From: Candidatus Poribacteria bacterium
Lineage (GTDB): Bacteria; Poribacteria; WGA-4E; PCPOR2b
DNA: 64,000 nucleotides
NCBI GenBank assembly: GCA_021295755.1
Contig: JAGWBT010000001.1
Span: forward strand, 2,349 to 66,348
Direction: 5' to 3'
Within the stretch, counting starts at the first letter, position 1, and every line of letters begins with the position of its first letter. Below are positions 28,233-36,329 of the stretch, piece after piece. Both the position numbers and the translations under genes were made by a program. The notes under the pieces are model-generated. The model did no database searches, was not told where the DNA came from, and was given only the letters and a program-made list of their open reading frames with translations.

Positions 28233-28405
28233 ATTGTAACCTCCAGTCTTTTGGTTCGATGCGTTTGTTTCCATGGATGAGAACATAATTGATAGCTGCG
28301 ATTATAGCACCGTATCGCAACGCTGTCAAAAGGAAACAGGATACAACAACTTCTCTGAATGGATATTGATCCGCCTTTAAGAGGTCCTGTTAAAATAAGC
28401 CACAA

Positions 28406-29359
28406 TTAGAACCCACGTCTCTTACCGACAACGTTCCGCAGCGGTTCCCCCTTCAGGTAGCGTTCCAAGTTTTCGCAGAAAAATTCGAAAGTTTTGCGCG
28501 GACGATGTTGCGAGGAACCGGCCCTGTGCGGTGTGATAATAAGATTAGGAGCATCCCAGAGTGGACTCTCCGGCGGGGGTGGTTCAATTTCTGTCACGTC
28601 TAAGCCAGCACCGGCAATTTCGCCATTCTTTAGTGCGTCAACGAGGGCATCTTCGTCAATAATACCGCCGCGAGTGACGTTGACTAGGTAGGCAGTCTGT
28701 TTCATAGCAGCGAGTTCTACGCTTCCAATCAGATGATAGGTCTCCGGGGTTTTGGGGCAAGCGAGGAGAACCGCGTCCGAACGCCTAAGTAACTCGTGCA
28801 GATTTTCCCGCGTTGCAGATTTTAGCTCAGCGACCTCGTCCGGCTTGTCCTGGCGTACCGGGTCTACAGCCAAGATTGTCATATCGTAACCGCGAGCCCG
28901 CTGCACCATCTCCATACCAAAGCCGCCCAAACCGATTATACCAAGCGTACTGCCTGTCAGTTCAACCGCTGGCATCTGCCACGCACGACGTCCATCACTC
29001 CCCATGACGTGTGGGATGCCTCGCGCAAGAGACAAAAGCAACGCCCAGGCGTGTTCGCCGCCTTGGCTTGCGTAGAGCCCTGCCATGTTGGTAACTGTCA
29101 CATCATCTCTCTTGATGATTTCCGGAAACAGAAAGTTGTCCATGCCTGCGCTGTTGGATTGGATCCAGCGTAGGTTCGGAGCCACCGCACACACGGAGGG
29201 CAGAAAAAGCCCCAATATGACCTCCGTATCGGGGGCAAATTGGAGGGCTTCCTCTTCGTTGGTGGCGTGACAGACTTCGTGGTCGCCGTATTTGTGTGCA
29301 ATCTGTTGGAAGGTTTCGATCTGCGCTACGTCGAAGGCAAAGTGGATCAGTATTCTCAT
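28406..29359 (-). CDS. D-isomer-specific 2-hydroxyacid dehydrogenase (NAD-binding)
   Basis: GIIGLGGFG Rossmann motif, catalytic R/E/H region (…ITPHRAGSS). 317 aa. Confidence 0.85.
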   Translation of the reverse strand: MRILIHFAFDVAQIETFQQIAHKYGDHEVCHATNEEEALQFAPDTEVILGLFLPSVCAVAPNLRWIQSNSAGMDNFLFPEIIKRDDVTVTNMAGLYASQGGEHAWALLLSLARGIPHVMGSDGRRAWQMPAVELTGSTLGIIGLGGFGMEMVQRARGYDMTILAVDPVRQDKPDEVAELKSATRENLHELLRRSDAVLLACPKTPETYHLIGSVELAAMKQTAYLVNVTRGGIIDEDALVDALKNGEIAGAGLDVTEIEPPPPESPLWDAPNLIITPHRAGSSQHRPRKTFEFFCENLERYLKGEPLRNVVGKRRGF

Positions 29360-29539
29360 GATTGTTTCCTAAAAAGACCAATCGCCATGGAAATAGGGAC
29401 CGGTGGGAAAATTTGGTGGTAGTTTACGCCAACTATGTTACCATCTTAACATAGGTTATTCTTTAGAACAATAAAAAAAATGACGCAATATAAGTATTTA
29501 TGTCATTCCCACCTTAAACCAGTGTAGACGGAGGAAAAT

Positions 29540-30421
29540 ATGATTATCGACTCACACCAGCACGCATACTATCACGGGCGCAATCCTGCTGGCGTCATTG
29601 CCGAAATGGATGAATTCGGAATCGACGTAACTTGGCTTCTAACTTGGTATCATCCACCGGCGGAGGATGCGCCGGGCAGCTGTCATGCTTTTAATCCCTG
29701 CAATGTCCGACCGGACGGGACGCATGCGGGTGCTACGTTGGAGGAACTACTAGGAGCGCGAGATACATATCCGGATCGTTTTATTGCCGGATATTGTCCC
29801 TGCCCCTCGGAGGGAGATGCCCCTGCGCTTTTCGAAGCCGCCTATCACATGCACGGGGTGCGGGTCTGTGGAGAGTGGAGCTACCGAATGTTATTGGATG
29901 ACCCACGTGCATTGGAACTATTCCGCAGAGCCGGCGAACTCAAGTGCCCGGTAGTGCTACATATGGATGTTCCCTATCTGCCAAACGAGAACGGTGGGCA
30001 GGTTTACCAAACCTACTGGTATGGCGGTGGCGCGGCTCCGCTAGAACGCACTTTGCAAGCCTGCCCGGAAACGACTTTCATTGGTCATGCCCCCGGCTTC
30101 TGGCGATATATCAGTGGCGATGCCGACAGCGATCCAGCGACATATCCGCGTGGGCCGATTACACCTAGTGGTCAAGTACAACGACTTCTCGATATTTACC
30201 CTAACCTCTACGCAGACCTGTCGGCTGGATCCGGACTAGGCGCATTGCAGCGGGATATAGGCCACGCGCGCGAATTTCTCACCCATAATGCAGATCGCCT
30301 ACTTTTTGGTCGCGATCAACATGGTCAGGCGCTCCAACTGTTTTTACAAGGGCTTGAACTGCCTGATGAGGTAGGGAAGAAAATTTTCTATGAAAATGCG
30401 TTGCGTTTGGTACCTCTCTAG
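29540..30421 (+). CDS. amidohydrolase-2 family metal-dependent hydrolase (TIM barrel)
   Basis: MIIDSHQH N-terminal metal-binding motif; HxH...H...D pattern of the ACMSD-like amidohydrolase_2 family. Confidence 0.8.
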   Translation: MIIDSHQHAYYHGRNPAGVIAEMDEFGIDVTWLLTWYHPPAEDAPGSCHAFNPCNVRPDGTHAGATLEELLGARDTYPDRFIAGYCPCPSEGDAPALFEAAYHMHGVRVCGEWSYRMLLDDPRALELFRRAGELKCPVVLHMDVPYLPNENGGQVYQTYWYGGGAAPLERTLQACPETTFIGHAPGFWRYISGDADSDPATYPRGPITPSGQVQRLLDIYPNLYADLSAGSGLGALQRDIGHAREFLTHNADRLLFGRDQHGQALQLFLQGLELPDEVGKKIFYENALRLVPL

Positions 30422-30540
30422 GATCTTGATTGAAGGCACCAACGAAAATTTCAATCTGTGTTGACGCTGTTTACGCGTTCTGCTAAAATAGCGCACCGAC
30501 AGTTTTTCACTTTAGATTCCAACTATAGGAGAATGTAATC

Positions 30541-31557
30541 ATGGCAAAACACCCAATGGACAATATCGAGCCGGGTATCAAAGTAACAGCACAGATGTCC
30601 CCAGAACCAACTGAGGAGGATCTACAATTCACCCAGCAGATGGGGGTCGAATATGTAGTACTCTGGACAGATGGGGAACACGCCAATTACGACTATTTCA
30701 TGAGTCGCCGCGAGATTTTCGAGAACGCCGGATTAAAGATTTACGGTTTCGGCAATAGTGATGTCCATAATCAGGATGCAATTGTGTTGAACCTACCCAA
30801 CCGCGATACGAAGATCGAGCAGTACAAGCGCTATATCCGCGATCTTGGTCGCGCCGGAATTCCATATACCACCTATGCTCACATGGGAAATGGGATCTGG
30901 AGCACGGAGCGTGAAACAACCCGTGGTGGTGCCAGCGCAAGGGGATTTGACCTCGATAAAGCGGAAGAAGGACACTGGCGAGACAAAAGTTATCGGATGC
31001 CGCTCTCACACGGACGCGAATATTCGGAACAGGAAATTTGGGACAACTACACCCATTTCATCAAGGAAGCCGCTCCTGTCGCGGAAGAAGCCGGAGTGAT
31101 GATAGGCATCCATCCTGATGACCCACCCGTGCCAAAGCTAGCAGGCATCCCACGCTGTATCTTCAGCAGCTTTGAAGGCTACAAACGAGCGCTCGAAATC
31201 GCCGACAGTCCCAACGTTGGAATGTGTCTCTGTGTTGGCTGCTGGCTAGAGGGGGGCGAGTTGATGGGTAAGGATGTCCTAGAGTCCATGCGCTTCTTTG
31301 GTGAATGGGGCAAGGTCTTCAAGGTGCATTTCCGAAATGTAGACCAACCGCTGCCACACTTTGTCGAGACCTTTGTGGACAATGGATATCAGGACATGTA
31401 CCAAGTGATGAAAGTGATGCGCGAAGTGAACTTCAAGGGCGTTGCGATTCCAGACCACATCCCATCTATGGTGGGAGATCGAAGTGGGACAGCATATACC
31501 ATCGCCTACATGAACGCACTCGTCAAACGCGCGAATGAGGAGGTTACTGCCGCGTAG
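30541..31557 (+). CDS. uxuA: mannonate dehydratase
   Basis: Aligns with E. coli UxuA over the conserved core: PVAEEAGVMIGIHPDDPP vs PVAEEVGVRMAVHPDDPP; VHFRN vs THLRS; IPDHIPSM vs MRPDHGHQM. Confidence 0.85.
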   Translation: MAKHPMDNIEPGIKVTAQMSPEPTEEDLQFTQQMGVEYVVLWTDGEHANYDYFMSRREIFENAGLKIYGFGNSDVHNQDAIVLNLPNRDTKIEQYKRYIRDLGRAGIPYTTYAHMGNGIWSTERETTRGGASARGFDLDKAEEGHWRDKSYRMPLSHGREYSEQEIWDNYTHFIKEAAPVAEEAGVMIGIHPDDPPVPKLAGIPRCIFSSFEGYKRALEIADSPNVGMCLCVGCWLEGGELMGKDVLESMRFFGEWGKVFKVHFRNVDQPLPHFVETFVDNGYQDMYQVMKVMREVNFKGVAIPDHIPSMVGDRSGTAYTIAYMNALVKRANEEVTAA

Positions 31558-32295
31558 TCACCGTTCTCGGCGAATGCATTGGACTGCGGCTTGCAGGCTC
31601 TTGGCGTTGGTATATTGGGAGATGATTTTCTTTAATTCCGTTAGCGTGGCGTTTTGTAAGGTTTGAACCTCCTGAATTAGCAGCGGCAAAGCCCGCACCA
31701 CATTGTCCACAATAGTCACACCAGCCGCCTGGGCAGTCCGCGACATTGGGTTGAGGTCAACCGTTATCACTGTTTTACCCATTTTCTGCAGTGCTTCACA
31801 GCGATCGCCATCCTCAAGTGGAACGAACACGACATCGGCACGAGAGATACCTTCTGGATGGACGAACTTCCGATTTGAATCAATAAACGAAAGTTGTGCC
31901 TCCGTTGTAGGCATCAATACATGAACCGCCCCATGCTTCTCGAGATGCTCTCGTATCGCAACCTCCCGTTCTTTTGAGGTGTGGAAAATGTTCACCTCCA
32001 ACGGGGCTTTGAGGACATTAGAGAAGGCCACCAATTCACCTGGCACCAGTGCCGCAACATTACCGTTAACGGAGATTACGGGATGTTCGGCGTCCAGCAG
32101 GATGGCTGCCCCGGCGCGGATTGCATCCATAGCGAAGGGATGTGTTTTTTCTCCGATGAGGTAGTCAAACGCTTCGCCACGCCCATGTGCCATCAATCCG
32201 TGGATGGAGGTCACTCCACTCTCTACGCCGGCGACTATTGTATCCCTCAGCTTCAACGATGCATACCGGGGATGACTTTCAGGAACATCGCTCAT
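31558..32295 (-). CDS. 4-phosphopantoate--beta-alanine ligase (archaeal-type phosphopantothenate synthetase, DUF137)
   Basis: N-terminal SHPRYASLKLRD...GLMAHGRGEAFDYLIGEKT matches the pattern I recall for the PPS/DUF137 family (HPRY.SL...G..AHGRGEAFDYL.GE.T). Overlaps the upstream GHMP kinase gene by 4 nt. Confidence 0.6.
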   Translation of the reverse strand: MSDVPESHPRYASLKLRDTIVAGVESGVTSIHGLMAHGRGEAFDYLIGEKTHPFAMDAIRAGAAILLDAEHPVISVNGNVAALVPGELVAFSNVLKAPLEVNIFHTSKEREVAIREHLEKHGAVHVLMPTTEAQLSFIDSNRKFVHPEGISRADVVFVPLEDGDRCEALQKMGKTVITVDLNPMSRTAQAAGVTIVDNVVRALPLLIQEVQTLQNATLTELKKIISQYTNAKSLQAAVQCIRRER

Positions 32296-33131
32296 AATAG
32301 CCTGCCTTTTTCACCACTAGAGAGTTGTGTTTCGGTCGCGCCTTCAAAAGGGTGAGTGCTAAACACTGCATTACCCAACATAATCATAGACGCAATCCCG
32401 CCCGCATCCTCGATTTCACGGATGGTTTCTTGCACGCGCGTATCCTCTAATAATCCACTATTGAGGGAGAATTGTTTGGACAATTGAATACAGGCGTTAA
32501 AGTCAACTGACTCCGCTTTCGTGAGTATCTCTAAAGCCTGCAATGTTTCATCTGCCGCTCTGTTGATACGCTCTCTCCGCTCGGCGCTTTCGAGGATGGT
32601 TTTCGTCTGGATAGAACTAAAATATCGGTAATAGACGGGTTGAGCTGGAATCGGCAGTCGCTCCGCAGCAAGGGGATAACCTCTCTTCAATTTAACGAGA
32701 CAGCCACCGTGGTATTGGGCGCATACATCTCCTAACCCTGTTCGATTTTCCACTTCCGCCACATGGGCGGTCATCGCCAATTCTTCCTCAGATTTGCCTA
32801 ATTCTAGTAAGGCGTTAAGTGCGTAGGTCGTAGCGAGCGAAGCTGCTCCACTTAGTCCAAAACCGCATCCGAGCGGTAAGGGCGAATCGATTTCTATCCG
32901 CATCGGCTGAGATGTCAGTTTCTGGACAACGGATACAACGGTAGGGAAACGAATCTCGCTGCCGTTAAACTGGACAGTGGTCTGGCTACTATGCTGGGCA
33001 ACCGTTACAACAACGCCTTCTGTAATGGTAAACCCCATGCCGAGCGAGTGCATCTTGGTTGCTTCTAGGTGAGGAATGATCTTGAATACGCAAGAGAGGT
33101 TGCCGGGTGCGAATGCTTTCGCCTGTGTCAT
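32292..33131 (-). CDS. GHMP-family kinase, probable pantoate kinase
   Basis: GHMP ATP-binding motif PLGCGFGLSGAASLA. About 280 aa, the typical PoK size. Translationally coupled (ATGA overlap) to the PPS-like gene, as in archaea. Confidence 0.6.
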   Translation of the reverse strand: MTQAKAFAPGNLSCVFKIIPHLEATKMHSLGMGFTITEGVVVTVAQHSSQTTVQFNGSEIRFPTVVSVVQKLTSQPMRIEIDSPLPLGCGFGLSGAASLATTYALNALLELGKSEEELAMTAHVAEVENRTGLGDVCAQYHGGCLVKLKRGYPLAAERLPIPAQPVYYRYFSSIQTKTILESAERRERINRAADETLQALEILTKAESVDFNACIQLSKQFSLNSGLLEDTRVQETIREIEDAGGIASMIMLGNAVFSTHPFEGATETQLSSGEKGRLL

Positions 33132-33312
33132 GTTTTCGCTGTTTTAACCTTGTTTCCATTAAGATTGGTTCAGTGGTTTTAGCATATTTGTCGCCGAATA
33201 TTATACAGATTTGTCGGGTGGTGTCAACGGAAATCAGCGACGCCAGAAATAGGTGAACAGGCAAGTCAAAATCAGAATTTCAGCACAAACCTAATCAATT
33301 CAAGGAGAGCTT

Positions 33313-34104
33313 ATGAGCGAAATAATTCTATCTTGTACGACCTGTGCGTTACGCAATCCACCGTTGGATGAAATTTCAGAAACGTTGAAGCACGCACCGA
33401 AAGCGGGGTATGCCTACTGGGGGTTGGCAGGACCAATTACTTGGACACCTGGGCTTATCCGGTGGTTGGATACAGAAGGGCTGCGCCTTCAGGCAGCTGA
33501 AGTAGGCCTGAAAGGATTGACGGAGGTTTATGCGTCAGCAATTTCGACCGATTCCGTCGACGCAGCAGAGAGTTCAATCGCAGACTTATTGCTCAACGTT
33601 CAAGCAGCCGTGAAACTACAGTGTCCACTGCTTGTGTTCTCAGGTGGGAGGCGGCAAACTGATGGTTTGAGAAACACAATCGCTGGGCTTGAGAAACTTG
33701 CTCAGTCAATCGCTGATGTCCCTGTGAGAGTGGCATTGGAGCCGCACGTGGAATCTCAATTTCAGAATGAAGCGGATTACGACGAAATCTTTGAACATAT
33801 CACCACAGAGCAAATCGGCATCACAATTGATACAGGGCATTTTCATGTGGCAGGCGTGGACTGGAAAGCGCTTATCCGCAAGTATCCCGACCGAATCTAC
33901 AACGTCCATGTGAAAGATCACCTCGGTTCTCAATCCGTCCCGATTGGAGACGGGGAAGTCGATATGCCGGGCTTAGTCCATGAACTTCGCGCCATCGACT
34001 ACTGCGGACCACTTGCTGTAGAATTAGAGGTCGAAGATCCAGAAAATCTGCCACGATACGTCGCTGATGCTTACCAATACCTGTCAGGCTTGATTGGCGT
34101 CTGA
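33313..34104 (+). CDS. sugar phosphate isomerase/epimerase (xylose-isomerase-like TIM barrel)
   Basis: 263 aa. ALEPH..., HVKD and DTGHFHVAG motifs typical of AP_endonuc_2 / xylose-isomerase-like barrels. Confidence 0.8.
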   Translation: MSEIILSCTTCALRNPPLDEISETLKHAPKAGYAYWGLAGPITWTPGLIRWLDTEGLRLQAAEVGLKGLTEVYASAISTDSVDAAESSIADLLLNVQAAVKLQCPLLVFSGGRRQTDGLRNTIAGLEKLAQSIADVPVRVALEPHVESQFQNEADYDEIFEHITTEQIGITIDTGHFHVAGVDWKALIRKYPDRIYNVHVKDHLGSQSVPIGDGEVDMPGLVHELRAIDYCGPLAVELEVEDPENLPRYVADAYQYLSGLIGV

Positions 34105-34128
34105 GAAAGTATAGGTTGCGTGTTCGTT

Positions 34129-35136
34129 TCACTTTTCAATTTTCAGCCTGCCCCATATCGTAGTGATTTTTCGTCTCGGTTGGACGCTTTGAGGTGGTAA
34201 TCCCGTATCATACGCTTCTACGGTTGAAAGCGCTCGCCGCAGCAATCCCTGCGAGCCTCCGATAGCATAAACCTTCCCGTCGATAGCGCTAGTAGCAAGG
34301 TTTCCTCTTGCGGTAGGCATATCCGGCGCCTTCGTCCAGGTATCTGTCACCGGATCATAGACTTCCACGTTCCCAAGTCCATCACGGCCGTTTTGTGTTC
34401 CTCCAACGGCAAGAATCTTACCGCTGACAGCAGCGGCTGAAAACCCCCAACGTGGCGTGGGCATGCCTTGCCGCGGTGCCCAAGTATTTGTCGCTGGGTC
34501 GTAGACTTCGACGGTGCCAAGGCTTTCTAGCCCATTTGGTGTTCCCCCAATGGCGTAAATTTTCCCACTGACCACAGCAGTTGACAGCCCCCACCTTGGC
34601 GTAGGCATATCCGCTCCTCGCGCCCATGTGTTCGTCGTTGGATCGTACACCTCGACGGTCGTCAGCGCAACTTTATCGCCCCCAATGGCATAGATTTTCC
34701 CGTTGACGGCGCTGCTAGACAGCCCCCATCGTGGGGTAGGCATATCTGCTTTTCGCGTCCAACTGTCCGTCGTAGAATCGTATGCTTCGACGACAGCAAA
34801 CATCCCGCCAAGGTTTCCCCCGCCGATCGCATAAATGTGATTAGCCACCGAACTCGTTGAAAATCCCTCTCGCCGGGTAGGCATGTCAGTTTTCTTAATC
34901 CATCTGTCTGTCAGAGGATTATATTCTTCCGTCCTAGATAGAAGCGTGTTTCCGACTCTTCCTCCAATGGCATAAATCTTCTCTCCCACTGTACTGGTGG
35001 ATAGTGCAAATCTGGCGGTCGGCATATCCGCTTTTTGGCTCCATTTTCCGTCCTTGGCAAGACTCAATGGAGGTATAATCCAGCAAATCGCAGTGAATAT
35101 GAACACAGTTTTAAGCGCCAATCTACTAAGAATCAA
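34129..35136 (-). CDS. secreted Kelch-repeat (beta-propeller) protein
   Basis: Signal peptide, then 6 tandem about-48-aa repeats of MPTPRWG.S...V.GKIYAIGG. Confidence 0.8.
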   Translation of the reverse strand: MILSRLALKTVFIFTAICWIIPPLSLAKDGKWSQKADMPTARFALSTSTVGEKIYAIGGRVGNTLLSRTEEYNPLTDRWIKKTDMPTRREGFSTSSVANHIYAIGGGNLGGMFAVVEAYDSTTDSWTRKADMPTPRWGLSSSAVNGKIYAIGGDKVALTTVEVYDPTTNTWARGADMPTPRWGLSTAVVSGKIYAIGGTPNGLESLGTVEVYDPATNTWAPRQGMPTPRWGFSAAAVSGKILAVGGTQNGRDGLGNVEVYDPVTDTWTKAPDMPTARGNLATSAIDGKVYAIGGSQGLLRRALSTVEAYDTGLPPQSVQPRRKITTIWGRLKIEK

Positions 35137-35151
35137 AACTTGGTCCTTTTG

Positions 35152-36258
35152 CTATCTATGCCAGTCGTACTCAAGTCCGAGGGAGCGATCCCCTAGAGGC
35201 AGGTCAATCTGCTGGCCACCTTGAGCCGAAGATAATTTTATCGCAATCTCGACTTCTAGCGCGACAGCGACCCGTCTGCCCGAATTTTTTGGTTCGTCAA
35301 GCTCACCCGCCAAGCAGTCCATAACATCGGCTAGTCCGTTGATTGAACCACCGCCCACCTGCATCTTAGCACCGGGCCACGGCATTTCTATCTTGTACCG
35401 TCCAGTGGGGGTTTCTATCTCCTGAAACAGCGTCCAGTCGGAGTAGTGCTCTGGGTGGAAAAGTTCACCCGTTGTACCGGTGATACGTACCGCCGGAGCA
35501 CCCTTCCTGAAATGCACAACAAGCCCTGTGTCGGTAACCATCATGCCCTGGCCACGAAATTCGTTACTGCCCGACTTACGTTTGGGCAGGTCCCCCAAAC
35601 CGATGACCCAAGCGGGATTACTATCGACAAAATACGACCAGTTTTGGTGCTGGGACAGATTTTTATCCGATTCTGCCTCAATGGACAGCACCTCTCCAAT
35701 CGCACCGTTTGTCACCAAATCCTTTGCCGTTCGAAACGAGGGATGGCTGGTCGAAATAGCCCCACAACAGAGAGGCACACCGGCATTGGCACATGCCTTA
35801 ACCATCCGATCTGCCTCCTCAAGCGTGCAAGCCATCGGTTTCTCTGTCACAATGCCTTTTGCACCGCTCTCCACGGCGCAACAGGTCAGATCAGCTCGTC
35901 CCTTGGTATTAGTAGAAATCGCAACGATATCCGGTTTTTCCTGTCGCAACATCTCCTTCGCGTCGGCGTATAAGGCTTCCACACCGTAGCGTTCCCCGAA
36001 TACTGCGAGCCGGTGGTGGTCGCGTTCAGCAGCAGCGACCAGTGTTATTTCCGGCCGATCCGACAGCGCCTCAGCGTAGCTAGTCGGCATCGACTTTCTG
36101 GATAAATGCCGATTGTGATAGTAAAATTTGCGGTGAATGTCTAATTCAGGCGTTGGACGGTCGATATCGTCAACGTGCCATACTCCTATACGTTCTGCCA
36201 AATCGTAGAGCATGCCCATCCACCCAAGTCCTATGACTGCGCCTCGATATTTCGCCAC
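35152..36258 (-). CDS. Gfo/Idh/MocA family oxidoreductase (paralog of 52076..53203)
   Basis: MAKYRGAVIGLGWMGMLYD N-terminus almost identical to the 52076..53203 product; EKP-like motif (VTEKPMACTLEEADRMV). Confidence 0.8.
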   Translation of the reverse strand: MAKYRGAVIGLGWMGMLYDLAERIGVWHVDDIDRPTPELDIHRKFYYHNRHLSRKSMPTSYAEALSDRPEITLVAAAERDHHRLAVFGERYGVEALYADAKEMLRQEKPDIVAISTNTKGRADLTCCAVESGAKGIVTEKPMACTLEEADRMVKACANAGVPLCCGAISTSHPSFRTAKDLVTNGAIGEVLSIEAESDKNLSQHQNWSYFVDSNPAWVIGLGDLPKRKSGSNEFRGQGMMVTDTGLVVHFRKGAPAVRITGTTGELFHPEHYSDWTLFQEIETPTGRYKIEMPWPGAKMQVGGGSINGLADVMDCLAGELDEPKNSGRRVAVALEVEIAIKLSSAQGGQQIDLPLGDRSLGLEYDWHR

Positions 36259-36329
36259 TTCTGTCTCCTTGTTTTAACCACCATTTTGACGTGGATTTAG
36301 AGATCCAGTCCCACAATCTTCTGGGACGG

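Noticed and set aside
35446-35989. Two about-170-aa plus-strand ORFs antisense to the Gfo/Idh/MocA gene
   Set aside because: Antisense to a gene with strong family motifs and a paralog elsewhere. No independent support.
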